A stretch of 63,795 nt of DNA, counting the filler, from Reclinomonas americana ATCC 50394 (taxonomy: Eukaryota), in NCBI GenBank assembly GCA_048213135.1. It is 20 parts of 20 records of this genome, joined end to end, with 100 filler letters (N's around TTAATTAATTAA, not from the genome) between each part and the next. Parts side by side here need not be neighbours in the genome. Positions count along the whole stretch, not along the records: positions 39,222 to 40,893 come from AFZH01020725.1; positions 40,994 to 45,242 come from AFZH01020726.1; positions 45,343 to 48,107 come from AFZH01020727.1; positions 48,208 to 53,646 come from AFZH01020728.1; 16 more parts are not named here. One strand, written 5' to 3'. The first letter of the stretch is position 1, and every line of letters starts with the position of its first letter. Position numbers and translations under genes: made by a program. Under the pieces are notes generated by a model. It did no database searches. It saw nothing but the letters and a program-made list of their open reading frames with translations, and was not told the origin of the DNA. Below, piece by piece: positions 39,258-51,500 of the stretch.

Positions 39258-39689
39258 AGGAGGGTAAGAGACGAGAAAGAGACGGAGAGAGGGAAGGAGG
39301 GAGGGAAGAGAAGATTGTGTGTGAGAGAGACGGAGAGAGAGAGACGAGGAGACAGAAACAGACGTTGAGAGAGAGATAGAGTGCGCTTGCGAGAGAGACG
39401 GAATGCAGTGCGATGCAAACAATCACGCACACACACGCCATATGCACACATTTCACACACCTATACAGAGAGACGATGGAGGCGCGGCTGTCGACGAGAA
39501 TGCGCGCTCCACCACGCGCAGAGGAGGTGTGCGAACGGGGGAATGGCGGGCTAATATTTCTGAATTTGGCGGTGACCTGCCGCGCAACGCTTTCTCTCCA
39601 TTTGCGCGCGCAGTGGATGGTAGAGACGCAAGGGAGAGCAGCAGCACGAGCAGCGCGCATGCCGATAAGACGCGGCAGGCATTTCGCAT
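19419..39689 (-). CDS. Giant adhesin-like surface protein: signal peptide, parallel beta-helix (POMP-type FxxN / GGG(A/V) repeats), Cys-rich region and multi-pass TM C-terminus; dozens of exons across 5 gaps
   Basis: Putative exon 1 MRNACRVLSACALLVLLLSLASLPSTARA. Large exons at ~36950-37932 and ~24330-26284 carry FxxNxA..GGGA repeats. CPAGY..CQQCPPGQY..CVPCPANADC..CPYDYC..LCGAC lies at 22444-22830. Hydrophobic exons at 19700-22330. Linkage of the 39461-39689 exon is inferred. Confidence 0.85.
20330..21125. repeat. Intronic degenerate minisatellite (AAGCATCAGTGCGCC..TGATCTCTCTGCTCTCAGCGACTTGTGCC)
   Basis: Multiple copies at ~20398, 20548, 20648, 20770 and 20880. Confidence 0.85.
23244..24100. 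repeat. Intronic ~60-95-bp minisatellite (GAGTAGGAGACAAACAGAGTACAGTGCTGCAGA..) whose unit includes the neighbouring exon's acceptor
   Basis: About 11 copies. Confidence 0.9.
29030..29540. repeat. Intronic ~70-78-bp tandem repeat (TCTCGAGACACTGCGTTAGCGCCATAGCCACTCGCGA..)
   Basis: About 7 copies. Confidence 0.9.
32480..32790. repeat. Intronic ~110-120-bp tandem repeat, about 2.5-3 copies
   Basis: ATGCCATCACCA at ~32487, 32598 and 32712; CAGCTT(C/G)TGC recurs. Confidence 0.8.
38010..38460. repeat. Intronic ~215-bp direct duplication
   Basis: CAACTCTATGCTCTCGTAGTGTGACTC..TTGGCCCGTCATCCGGTCACCG..AACAAATGTTCCAATA at ~38115 and ~38326. Confidence 0.88.
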
Positions 39690-40296
39690 TGCCCGAAAAA
39701 CTGGCAGGCGTTTTGCTCTCGTTCGGCTCCTCTGCACACACACCCGTGAGACAACGGAAGCGCACATGCGGAAGGCGTGGTAAGACTGCAAATACCGCCT
39801 CACCGCCTTTCACGCTTGCACACGCGAGTCGATGAGTGATTGGCGTCCTGGACGACACTTCGTGATTTTCCTGTGGATGGCGTCGAGCAAGGTGCGCTCG
39901 CCAAGCCTGATGCTGGAGCAGGTGTGGCTTGCATCACATGGCAACGCTGTACGTGCCAGTCAACCCTCAATCGGAGTGCAGATTGAAGAAGGCCGACGTT
40001 CTGACGGAGATGGAGCCACGGAAGAAAATGAGAGGGAGGGAGAGAGAGAGGGGGTGAGAGCGTGAGAGGGAGAGAGGGAGAGAGATATGCGCGGACTACG
40101 CTGATCTCAAGTGTTGACGTCGACTTCATGCAAGTCCTTGTCCGCGTCCCCCACTTGTATTGGCTCTCTCCGCCCGCGCGCGCGACAGCCGTGTTTGCGA
40201 GAACGTGTGCGTGTGCTCTCCATCAACAACAACACGGGGTTCCACGATCAACCAGAGAGCGACGGGGGCAGTTCTTCCGCGCCTGTTCCGCGTGAC

Positions 40297-40823
40297 ATGT
40301 CCGCCGCTGGTTCCGGTCGCGCCGCTGCCGCCGACCCGCACGTTGTCCTTGGTGACGAGGTGATTGTGGTTGGGGAGGCGCCGCATGAGGAGCGCTTTGT
40401 GTTTCGCACGGTGCTGGCGGTGAATCGGCCGGCGGTGCATGAGGTGACTCCGCCGCCGGTGTGTTTGGAGCATGTGGTGGAGGAGTATCGGCGGATGGCG
40501 CAGGATTATGAGTGTCCAGTGTGCAGGGTGAGTGGTGGGAGGGAGGGGAGGAAAGGGAGGAGAAGAGGAGGAAGAGAAAGGGAGGGGGGGGGGGGGGGGG
40601 CGACAATGAGTGATCGATGAGAGGGTAAGAGAGACGCATGGAGGAAAGGGGGGCAGAGAAGACAGGCCTCGATTCGTTTCGGTGGGTGAGAGCGAGAGAG
40701 TGGCTTTTGCGCTCCTTAGCTATAGAGACGGTTGCTTGACCTCAGGCAGAGGAAGACGAGGAGAGAAAGAGAGAGAGCGAGAGTGCGAGAGTGCGAGAGA
40801 GCGAGAGAGCGAGAGAGCGAGAG

Positions 40824-40871
<48 letters not shown>

Positions 40872-40997
40872 GAGAGACGAGAGACGACGACGANNNNNNN
40901 NNNNNNNNNNNNNNNNNNNNNNNNNNNNNNNNNNNNNTTAATTAATTAANNNNNNNNNNNNNNNNNNNNNNNNNNNNNNNNNNNNNNNNNNNNCTCT

Positions 40998-41055
<58 letters not shown>

Positions 41056-41425
41056 CTCTCTCCTTCTTATCAGTATGTGTCTCTGTATCTCTGTCTATCT
41101 TCTGTCTCGCACTCTTCTTTCCTGCTTCTTTCTACCCTCTCTTCTCTCTCTCCCTCTTTCTTTTCTCACTCCCTTCTCTTTCTCCCTCTTTCTTTTCTCT
41201 CTCTTTCTCTCTCATTTTCTCTCTCTGTCTCCCACTTTCCCTCTCTGTCGTCCTCTCACAAGCCCACAAACTCTCACACTTGCTATCTCTCTCTCTCTCT
41301 CCATCTTCCTACTCCCTCCCCCCGTCACTCTTCCTGGCGTTTCTCTTGCTGGCATTGCGCTCTTGTTTCTCCGCCCTTGTTGCCCTGCTCCGTCGTTGCC
41401 CTGTTCGCCATCCTCACGGCATCGG

Positions 41426-41465
<40 letters not shown>

Positions 41466-43244
41466 GTCCCATTACTCTTTCTGGTGCTTCTGTTGTTGGC
41501 GTTACGCTCGTGTTTCGCCATCTTGATCCCCTTGCCCGTCGTTCTCCTTTTCTTCGGTTACTCTCTCTCTCTCTCACTCTTTTGTATTGCTCCATCTGAC
41601 TTTTTCTTTGTCGAGTTGCATTCTCACGCATTCCCTTCCGTCATGCAGGAGCTATGCCAGCCGGATTTCATTATTTGCGCAAACGAGGTGCATCACTTGT
41701 GTCGGTGAGTGTGCGTGTGCACTATCGTGGGCTGGCCGCGTTCGCTGAGATTGACTTGCTGTGCAGCGAGCACCTGGGCGACGCACCGCAGGGCGCCAAT
41801 TGGTGTGGATGCGGAGTGACTTCGGCTGCGAGTGCCGTGGAGCCGTTGAAACGAATGAAGCTGACATTCGAGAACTTGGAGGTTTGTGACTCACGGCGTT
41901 ATCAATGCGGGAGTAGAACTCACACTTGATTCGTTTATTTCTCCCGTAGATTCTGTGCCCAAATTGCCATCAGCGAATGGTTGAGATCGTGTTTTGTTAC
42001 ATGCTCCGTTTCCTTTGTTCTTACTTCGATCTACGACAGACCATCGGGGACTACCACCGCACGCATGCGACGACCGCGTGTTTGTATGGATGCAATGTTT
42101 GCGGCGCCGCCATGTCTCTCAACCGCACCGCTGAGCACGCTTGGAGTGCGTGCCTGCGTGAGTGTCCTCTCGGATGTGGTGCTCGTGTGCCGCTGAACGC
42201 GATGCTGCAACACTGTCATAATGACTGCGCTCGTGACTGTCCGCGATGTGCTGCCGGATGTAATCTTGCAAACATGCGACAGCATCTCGGTGAGTGAAAT
42301 TACCGGTATGAAGAGCAGCTGTCCCGTTGCCTCACGAGTGTGGATCAGAGAGCGAGTGTGCAATGACACCGATAGTGTGCCGGGCGGCCGATCTTGGCTG
42401 CGTGGTGCGTGGACCGAGGCGGGAGGTGCAAGAGCATGAGATGGCGTGCGATTTGCTGCGCGTGGAGCGACCGCTTCGGGAGGTGAGATGAACTGGACCA
42501 TTATGAAATGGTGGAGGCATTGATCATCTTTCTTGTGTCGATGCAGCTTCATTCCCGTGTGCAGGAACAGAGGGTTGCGAGTGAGCGACTTGAGGAGGCG
42601 ATGCGCGAGAAGGAGCTGCGACAGTCGGAGATGCACTTGCAGGTGGTGGAGCACCGTCAGATACACGACCAGCAACTGCAAGAGCACGCTGCTCGATTGG
42701 CGGCTGTGGTGCGCGAGAAGGAACAACAGCAGTCCCAGATGCAGTTGCAGGCGGCGGAGCAGCGCCAGCATTTCGACCGGCAACTTCAAGAGCACGCTGC
42801 TCGATTGGCGGCTGTGGTGCGTGAAAAGGAGCAATTGCAACAACAACTTGAACAGCAGAAAGCTGTGACAGAACGTCAATTTCGTGCGTTCGAGGAACAG
42901 CTTCGTCAGGTCAGTGGACTGCTGCTATTGTGCCCTCTTCTGCTCGAAAGAGAATTCGTCGTGACTTCTGTCGTCAGCTTTTCGCACGATTCGGACCTGT
43001 GGAGTCACGCTTTCTTGAAGAACAGCAACGTCAACAGGAGCTGGAGCAGCGGGAGCGTGCTCGTGTGGAGGCCGAGCGACTGCGGCGGCAGAGAGACGAA
43101 GCTGCTGCTCGTCAGCGTGAGGAGGAATCTGCGCGAGTTGAGGAGCAGCGTCGCCAGGAGGAGGCTGCCGCGCGTCAAAAGGCTGCAGCCACCAAGCCAC
43201 AGGTGGCTACTGTTAAAGCAATCATCTTTCTGGCTCTTAGGTAG
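40297..43244 (+). CDS. RING-like plus TRAF-type zinc-finger plus coiled-coil protein (no MATH domain visible); 3' end uncertain
   Basis: DYECPVCR|ELCQPDFIICANEVHHLCR..CSEH..CGCG (RING-like), then CPNC..H..C, CNVC..H..C, ECPLGCG..LQHCHNDC and CPRC..QH, then a Q/E/R coiled coil with QLQEHAARLAAVVREKEQ twice. Confidence 0.75.
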
Positions 43245-43249
43245 CAACT

Positions 43250-43250
43250 G

Positions 43251-43323
<73 letters not shown>

Positions 43324-45242
43324 GTGCGCGTGTTTGTACGCACGACAACACTGGCGATTGATGTCGATCACGCAGTATGTGAGTATGCGTATTTGTGTGT
43401 GTAAGAAAGAGAAGGGAGACGGGGAAAGAGCGGAAAAGAGGGAGATAGAGAGAGAAAGAGAGTGAGTAGAGAGAGTATAGAGAGGGATTGTTTGTGTGTG
43501 TTTGATGTTATTGTCGTTGTTGTAGTTTTTGTGTTGTGTTGTTTGTTTTTTTTGTAGTTTGTTATGTTATTTGCAGAAAATACTGATTGTATATTTCTGC
43601 GTATATTTCTGTGTACGTATGTGTGCATGTATGTATTTGTGTGTGCGTGAGAGAGAGAGAGAAAGAGAGAGTGAGTGAGAAAGAGAGAGAATGAGAAAGG
43701 AGGGATGAAGGGAGACATGGAAGCAGGGAGAGAGAATGAGCGTGCGCGTGTGCATGTGTGTGGTCGACTGACTGTGCATGTGGCGTGTTTGTGTTTTTGC
43801 GTATGTGTTTGTGTGTGCATGGCGACAATGGCGATGGATGCATAATCATGCAGCCGGTGAGTATGCGCGTGTTTATATGTGTATGAGAAAGTGAGAAGGG
43901 AGACGGGAGGAGGGATAGTGGAGAGTGAGAGAAAGAGTAGAAAAGAGGAAGATAGAATATTTGTGTGTATTTATGTTTTTTGGGAAGAGAGTGACTCACG
44001 CAGGGGGAGAGAGAGATTAGAGAGGGTGGAGTGAGGGATTGTGTGTCTTTGTATTTGTTGTGTCTGTTGTGATTGTTGTGATTGTTGTAGTTGTTGTTGT
44101 TTGCTTTTTGTTTTATATGTGTTGTTCGCAGAAAATTGGATGAGTGTGTGTTTCTGTGTATGCGTGTGTATGTATGTGCGCGTGTATGTAATTTGTATGT
44201 TGAGAGAGAGATGGAACGAGAGAAAGAGAGGGAGACGGAGATAGAGAAAAGGAGGGGGAAGGGAGGTATGGAAAGAGGGAGAGAGAATGAGTGTGTGTGT
44301 GCGTGTGTGTATGTGTGGTCAACTGACTGTGCGTGTGGCGTGTTTGTGTGTTTGATTGTGTGTTTTTTGTTTGTTCGTGTGTGTATGGCGACAATGGCGG
44401 TGAATGAATGGTCATGCAGCCGGTAAGTATGCGTGTGTATATATGTGTATGAGAAAGAGAGAAGGGAGAAAGAGAGAGGGAGAGAGAGGGAGAGTGTGAA
44501 GGAGTAGAAAAAAGCAAGAGAGAGTATTTGTGTACGTTTATGTTTTCTGGGAAGAGAGAGACACACACACACAGGGGGAGGGAGAGATTGGAGAGAGAGA
44601 GAGGGATAGAGAAAGAGAGGAGAGAGAGGGATTGTGTGTGCGTGTGTTAGTGTGTGTTTTGTTTTGTTTTGTATGTGTTGTTTGCAAAATAATGGATGAG
44701 TGCGTGTTTTGTTTTGTTTTGTATGTGTTGTTTGCAAAATAATGGATGAGTGCATGTTTGAGTGTATGTGTATGCATTTGTGTATGAGGAAGAGAGAGGA
44801 GAGCGAAGGGAGAGGGGAGAAAGTGAGAGAGCGGGAGAGTGTAGAGAGAGGGGAGTGAGAGAGTGAGAGAGAAAATGTGTGTGTTAGAGAGAGAGAAGCG
44901 AGAGAGAAAAAGAGAAAGAGAGAGAGAAAAGACTGAGTGTGTGTGCGTGTGTTGGTCGACTGACTGTGCATGTGGCGTGTTTGTGCGTTTGTGTTTGTGT
45001 GTGTGCTTATGTGTGTGTTTGTGTATGCACGGCGACAATGGCGATGGATGCATGATCATGCAGGTGGTGAGTATGCGTGTGTATGTATGTGTGTATTCGA
45101 GAAAGAGAGAGGGAGAGAAGAGAGAGAAGGGAGAGAAGGGAGAGGGGAGAAACAGAGTATGAGAAAGGCAGACACAGAGAGAGAGAGAGAGAGGAAGGAG
45201 GGAGAGTGAGAGAGAAGAGAGTAGTTTTGTATGTGTGTGTGT
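43250..45242. repeat. (TG)n tract followed by a ~550-640-bp degenerate unit repeated about 3 times
   Basis: TGGTC(G/A)ACTGACTGTGC..GGCGACAATGGCG at ~43760, 44315 and 44952. Confidence 0.85.
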
Positions 45243-45760
45243 NNNNNNNNNNNNNNNNNNNNNNNNNNNNNNNNNNNNNNNNNNNNTTAATTAATTAANN
45301 NNNNNNNNNNNNNNNNNNNNNNNNNNNNNNNNNNNNNNNNNNGGGGGGTGGGGAGAAGGGGAGTTGGAGGAAAGGGGGTGGGCGGGAGAGTGGGGTGGGA
45401 ATAGTTGTGAAGCGAGTGATGATAGTCCGTTCTAGGAATTGGTTTTTGGCTCTTCCTTCTGACTCACTCTAAAAGAATTATGCTGCGCTGTAAAGTGTGG
45501 TTGTGTTGTGGCGTAGAGGAGAGAGGGAGGGGTGGGAAAGGTGTGAGGTGATTGACGATAGTCCGTTCCATCTGCATCGCTCTCTCCGTTTCCCTTCTCC
45601 TCCTCGTCTCCGACGTATTCTCCTGGTGTTGTCATGTGAGCCGCTTGGTTGCGAAGATGCCTGTTTGGTGATATCTGTTTTGGGAGGCTCGATGCGTTCA
45701 CTCATTACATTACACAGTCGTGCGCGCACTCGCGTATCGATTAGTGGATGTCTAGGTTTC

Positions 45761-46197
45761 TATGGAGTGGCCGCAGCGTCCTCTCTTGCCTCGTCAGCAA
45801 CAGTGCGCTGTGCAGAAGAAGATAAAGAGAGTCAGTATTCAGTTTCGTCACAGGAGGCTGCACGTCGCCGCTCACCTTCATGAACTGCATTTCCTCGTTC
45901 ACGATGCTGCGAAGTCTGAGCACGAGGTGCACAGTGGCGTTGTGGCTGATGCCGTACTCTTGGAAGGTGTGGCCGCACTGAAGCTCCTTTCCGGCATAGT
46001 TCAGGCGCATCTCGTGGAGAGGGATGTGTTCCCTGTAGAAGACGGCCTGGAACAGAGTGTCTACCAGCGCGTCCTGCTCCATGGCATACACCACCGACTT
46101 GCCAGCCTGCGCAGTCGTGATCGTGAGGCAATGCATCGACAGAGGGAGAGAGATGGCATGGATCATGACGCACCAGGTTGCGTACAAAGATGATCAT
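45761..46197 (-). CDS. Small ubiquitin-like domain protein (~100 aa, 3 exons)
   Basis: MIIFVRNL|AGKSVVYAMEQDALVDTLFQAVFYREHIPLHEMRLNYAGKELQCGHTFQEYGISHNATVHLVLRLRSIVNEEMQFMK|RTVADEAREDAAATP*. Colinear with ubiquitin. The last exon is inferred. Confidence 0.85.
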
Positions 46198-46497
46198 TGT
46201 GCTGTTTGTTTTGAAGAGCGGGAACGAAAGATGTGGGAGGTTGTGGGTAGTGAGAGAGTTTAAGAGAGGAGGTCTGCTCCCCAGATATGTCAAAAGTGTC
46301 GATGACTTCACGCCAGTGTTTGCCGGGTTTAAATTGTCGGATTTGTGACAGGACTGTCCGACAGGAGAGCCCATTTTGGAAACACACAATTTGTGTGGAC
46401 AACAGTGATTCGCATCCTGTCCGCGGGATCGTGCCAGACCCGGGAGTCTTTTTTTGGTCGCAGAGATGCGAAATTCAGAAGCGAGGCGCGTTATTGC

Positions 46498-47082
46498 AAT
46501 GATTTCCGAACAAAACTGCACAGGGCTTTCTAACCGTGCATTCGGCGCCGTTTCTTCGCACACCCGCATATAACAATGACGTATTTGCACCATCGACACT
46601 GGCAGCCAAGCATACGGGCTGCAGGACCGTCCAGGACCGCACGATTTCAACAATCAAAGATGAGTGCAGGCGCACTAGTACTGGATGCCGCACTCACGAC
46701 TCTAACCGCCCACAGTGCACGTCCTCTCACTGCTGCCTCGGCCGCAGCCGCAGCAGCAGCCGCAGACAGTCAATACGACAGCTTGGCCTATGCACAAAGC
46801 ACCGCAGGCAATGTCGACGTCACTGCCTTCCTGCGCGACCTGCAACGCGGAGTCACCGCGGGCGGAGTCGCCGAGCAGCAGCAAGGAGAAGTGTTAGTGA
46901 ACACCGCAGTTTGTAACGTTGCTCAGAAGGCGAAGAAAGCTATGTGATTTCCGAACAAATCACTGCTCAGCTCTTTCTAACCGTGCATTCGACGCCGTAT
47001 CTTCACGCACCGGCGTATGACTATGTGTACGAGAAGCATACGCACCATCGACACTTGCAGCCAAGCATACAGACTGCAGGAC
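46498..47082 (+). repeat. ~440-bp tandem unit (promoter plus first-exon duplicate of the gene at 60748): copy 1 and left part of copy 2
   Basis: TGATTTCCGAACAAA..AACCGTGCATTCG..CCAAGCATAC..GCAGGAC occurs at ~46500, 46945 and 60579. Copy 1 encodes MSAGALVLDAALTTLTAHSARPLTA..QQQG. Confidence 0.92.
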
Positions 47083-47398
47083 TGTGGGACACCACCTGCT
47101 GCTGGTGAGCCTCTTTGCTGCGACACATTGAGGAGATTGTGTGAGGAGTGTGGCAGCGCGCTCGAATTTTCAACTACGTCGTGAGGATTCGCGGCGTGAC
47201 AGAGGCAGCCCTACTCTCGGCGACTTTCTGAGGAGTGTGGCAACATTACCAGCAAACGACGTTGTGAGGTTGCTTCATACTCGGGTGACTCCGATCGCGC
47301 ATTTCAACGACATCGTCAACCTATCCACACGCAGAGGCCAACACTCACTCATCCTCACGCTCTCCTCCCACGATTGCAAAAGCCACACGATCCATACC

Positions 47399-47875
47399 AT
47401 GGATGCCGCACAGGATGCCGGCGCCGCACAGGATGCCGCACAGGAAAGGTTTGACAAGGCGGTGGAGGTGATGCGTCATGTCTTGACACCGGCGCAGTTT
47501 GAGGAGATGATACAAACGATCACAAGGCCGCCGATTCTGCCTCGTGCTGGAGGGCCACTGGTGGAGCACGCCACTCTCATGATTGATCTCATTCTCTTGT
47601 ATTTCGACACGCATGAGAATCAGTGGAGTACCGCCAGGGAAGTGAGTGCCTGGATCAAGACTCGGTACGAGCACGTCAACTGGTCGTCGGGTGACGTGTC
47701 AAGCAAGTTGCGTGTGCACCGACGCATCTTTGAAAAGGAGACAAAGGACGGCTACCACTACCGAATCATCCCGGAACTGGCCAACCCAGCGACTCGTCGT
47801 TCGCATCCACTCTTCGTCGACTTGAACATCAAGCTGGCAGCGAGCAGAAAAAGAAAGCACCGAGAGCCCGACTGA
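47399..47875 (+). CDS. Intronless 158-aa protein, probable winged-helix DNA-binding domain with C-terminal basic NLS
   Basis: LILLYFDTHENQWSTAREVSAWIKTRYEHVNWSSGDVSSKLRVHRRIFEKETKDGYHYRI fits an H1-S1-H2-H3-wing pattern; ends RKRKHREPD. Confidence 0.6.
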   Translation: MDAAQDAGAAQDAAQERFDKAVEVMRHVLTPAQFEEMIQTITRPPILPRAGGPLVEHATLMIDLILLYFDTHENQWSTAREVSAWIKTRYEHVNWSSGDVSSKLRVHRRIFEKETKDGYHYRIIPELANPATRRSHPLFVDLNIKLAASRKRKHREPD

Positions 47876-48107
47876 GGCTTTGTGAAGAGTGTCTTCAAGT
47901 GTAACACCAAGTATATAAAGTCATACTGTCAGCCAAGAAGTCATCATGATGTGTCATCAACAGAGTTGTGACACAACTAGTGTGACAGAATCGGGGGGGA
48001 ATTCCCCCCCAGCTTTGTGAAGAGTGTCTTCAAGTGTAACACCAAGTATTTCTATATGGAAGTTATCACAGTATCAAAGAGGAGTGGTGACAAAACACCA
48101 AGTATAT
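47876..48107 (+). repeat. Internal tandem repeat (left block) with G7-AATT-C7 palindrome
   Basis: GCTTTGTGAAGAGTGTCTTCAAGTGTAACACCAAGTAT at 47877 and 48012; GGGGGGGAATTCCCCCCC at 47993-48010. Confidence 0.92.
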
Positions 48108-48367
48108 NNNNNNNNNNNNNNNNNNNNNNNNNNNNNNNNNNNNNNNNNNNNTTAATTAATTAANNNNNNNNNNNNNNNNNNNNNNNNNNNNNNNNNNNNN
48201 NNNNNNNAATCAAGCATTGGCATGTTCGAATCAAGCACTAGTGCGAGGCATTCGGCATCGATGCATTGCGATTGCGCTTCTTGCAACCATTATTCGAGCA
48301 TAGTTCACTTGCGGGGTACGTGCAACATGCATGAACTCGCTGTATTAATATTGCATGTGCGAATACA

Positions 48368-48561
48368 TGTAGCACATCGGCTCGCCACTGACATGTGCGA
48401 ATAGCACATCGCGCTCGCCACTAACATGTGCGAATAGCACATCGCGCTCGCCACTGACATGTGCGATTAGCACATCGCGCTCGCCACTGACATGTGCGAA
48501 TAGCACATCGCGCTCGCCACTGACATGTGCGAATAGCACATCGCGCTCGCCACTGACATGT
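48368..48561. repeat. 33-bp tandem array, about 6 copies (TAGCACATCGCGCTCGCCACTGACATGTGCGAA)
   Basis: Near-perfect head-to-tail copies with no spacers. Confidence 0.95.
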
Positions 48562-48572
48562 TCCATTCAAAC

Positions 48573-51500
48573 TCACACCGCAGCACTGCGGTGTGCGCTC
48601 CCGGGATACCTGCCACCAGCCACCGAACCGCGTATGCAAAACGCACTCGAACAGTGTGGCCGACGCGTGCGTGTCGCATTCACTCGGTCGCGAGCTCGGT
48701 GGCTCGTGGTCACTGAGCATGTGCCACTTGAAAGCCGTACTGCGTATCCACTGTGACGTCGCACAAGTTAGTGTTATGTATAATCCATGCACGATGACAA
48801 TGCTCGCACCACGAGTACTTACACCAGTCAGCCAGGAATTGCACAGCCTCATCGCCTCCTCGATGCATATTACCAACGGCAACCGTGTATGCATCCAACT
48901 CTTCGAGAATCCGACGAATTTCTTCATCGTGAGCACGCAGGAGCGGTGTGTTGTCAGCACGTCCGCGTACATCCCGGGCACACGATTCACTGCAATAGAA
49001 ACCAGCATCGCAATCAGCACTGGGAACCTCGCCATGTGCATACGAGTCAATGCAGTATTGTCAAACCGTTCAACCCAGGACGCTCCAGACCATGGAATGC
49101 CATTCCACACAACGAGATATTCGACCGAGTGTGCCTCAAGTGCCTTCAATCGCCTTCCGAGCACCATAAAAACATCGGGCCCAAACACCTCCGCTCGGTC
49201 GCCGATGTCGACGTGCACGTGCTGTTGTTCGTCAGCCTGCAATCGTCGGCGAGCTACATTCCGGTATCTCAGCTCCAGTGCCGTGTAGGTGAATGATGCA
49301 GGAATCCGAAGCAGCTGTCTGTGGGCACAATAGAAGCGATCGTAAACCAATGGTGTGAAATTATGAATGCATCCACACAAACGCGAGAACACAATCAAAC
49401 CTGTGATGAAATTTGTCACGAGAACCAGGGCGATGCTTCTGAAGTGGGCCTGCCGTCCTGAACTGCACCACGTACTGAAAGTACGGAAGCTGCTCAACAA
49501 CACACGCCACGGATACCCAAGCGCTGTCCTTAGCGCGACTGCCAAGCGCATCTAGCACCCACACTCGCTGACCCACAGCGAGTTGCTGTATTGTGCGCAC
49601 GACAGGCAGACAACGCATCTTAAGCGCGCAGCGAGTTGGCGGTCCCTCTCAACACAAGACAAACCTCGATGCCAAGCGCTCTCGCAACCTTGGTGCTCGC
49701 AGCAACAATGCGATTTGCTGCTGACCTTGTGTTTATCCACGCTCTTCGTCGAATCTGCTGGAGACTCTCTCCGCACTCAACCTCTACCATGCCCGACACA
49801 TCCGGGGAGTGACCGTGCACGATCTATATATGCGAGTGGGTAAGTTTCACAGTAAAGATTTGAAGCAACGACATATGCGGGAAATGCTCTCCGAACCGTC
49901 AAGGGCGCATAACCCGTAGTGCGATTGACGGCAGTGTTCAGACTATGGTTGGCGAGAATCAGTGCATCCTCCCACGAAAGCATATTGCCGGCACCATCCA
50001 AATCTCGGTGAAGGAGCGAGACCAGCTGATTATTGCAGAACAAAGACGTGGTGACACATTAGTCGAAATATCGATTAGACGTCGCGACATGTCAGTGAGT
50101 GAGAGCCAATCATGACAGACCTTCGTTTTGAGTGACTGGTTCCTCCTCTCCACCAGGCCTGCATGCACGCACACACACCCCAGAAGAGAACGCAATAGAC
50201 GTTGTCAGTACGAGTAGCACATAAGTCCAAATTAATTGCCACACCAACCTTGCGTTTGAGGAGTTCTCGGTCGACCATGTTTCAGTACGATCCCCTCTTG
50301 CACTGCAAACGCGTTGAACTGCAACAAGCATAAGCGCATGCATTTTTAGAGTACACCGCGGTGTTAGCACGCAGAGAGAATACCACACGCAGAGACGTCT
50401 ACTGACGCACACTCTCTGCCTTGAATGCCGGTCCGTTGTCACTCAAGATAGCTCTCGGTTTCCTTGGTTGAATGTGGTCAAACAGTGCCCGCAAGCAACC
50501 AATCACGTCATCCGCACTTGTCGAATCTACAGGAAACGCCCACCCTGCTCGATGCATAGGCACAATTGCACGTGCGCGTGCACTACAGTCAGAAGACAAT
50601 GACGGTGCAAGCCAGGGGCATGGTCCGTGTACGTATACGTACCTTGCTTGCTGAAATGATCCACAACGTGGAAGACGTACCGGCGGCGTACGCCCCCATC
50701 GACGCCAGCGCGAGCGCGCCCATGACCGGCACTCAGAGTCAACTCGAAGTGGTCGACAACCCACTGTTTGGCAAATCGATATCACAAGCGGCAATGGTGA
50801 GAGTCATTATAACACAGATAGATACACATGCACACACATGCACGCACATTATACACACACGTGCACATGCGCACGAACTGTCTCCGTCTCTCTCGCTCTC
50901 TATAGATCAAGATTGCATCTCACCATGTCGTCCAAGCGCTGCATGACCATAGGGCAAATAGGAGTGCGACTCTCGACTGGGGTCTCCCGCACGGCGCAAG
51001 TGAGACAGTGTCGCCTTACGTGTCTCATAATCGCACGGACCCCGTGAAAGTACGACCGCTCACGCAAGCGATGGCGCACTTCAGTTTCACCACCACAACA
51101 ACCATCGTCGTGTCGAGCAGTCACTGTAGCGACAATCTGCACATGCGTGTGCAAGCACGGGAGAGATTCACGGAGTCCGAGAAGGAGGTAGAGGCAGTGT
51201 GTGTGAGAGAGGGAGAGAGAAATGGAGAGAGAGAGAGAGAGTGAGATGAAGCGACACCAAGGAACAAGAACGCACTCCGATTCTCACCTCCTCAGCGTTG
51301 AGCAACACTGGAGTTGCTAGTGTTCTTGTCCCTAGTCGAACTCCCACACGCAGCAGTACTGGTTGGCCATCCGCACTGCGATACACGCGCCCGCTCAAAT
51401 CACGCTTCAGCCGAAAGCGTGCGGCAGTGCGACGAAAGTTGGCCCGACGCCCAGCAGCGACACTCTTGTCGCGTTTTGACATGCCAATCTGGTATGTGCA

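Noticed and set aside
48368..48375. TGTAGCAC as the left terminus matching GTGCTACA at 59794-59801
   Set aside because: Only 8 bp, overlaps the tandem unit, has no matching TSD, and element-type GAATCAAGCA motifs lie outside it.
48368..48561. 33-bp array as a possible CRISPR
   Set aside because: Head-to-tail repeats without unique spacers, no cas genes, eukaryotic context.
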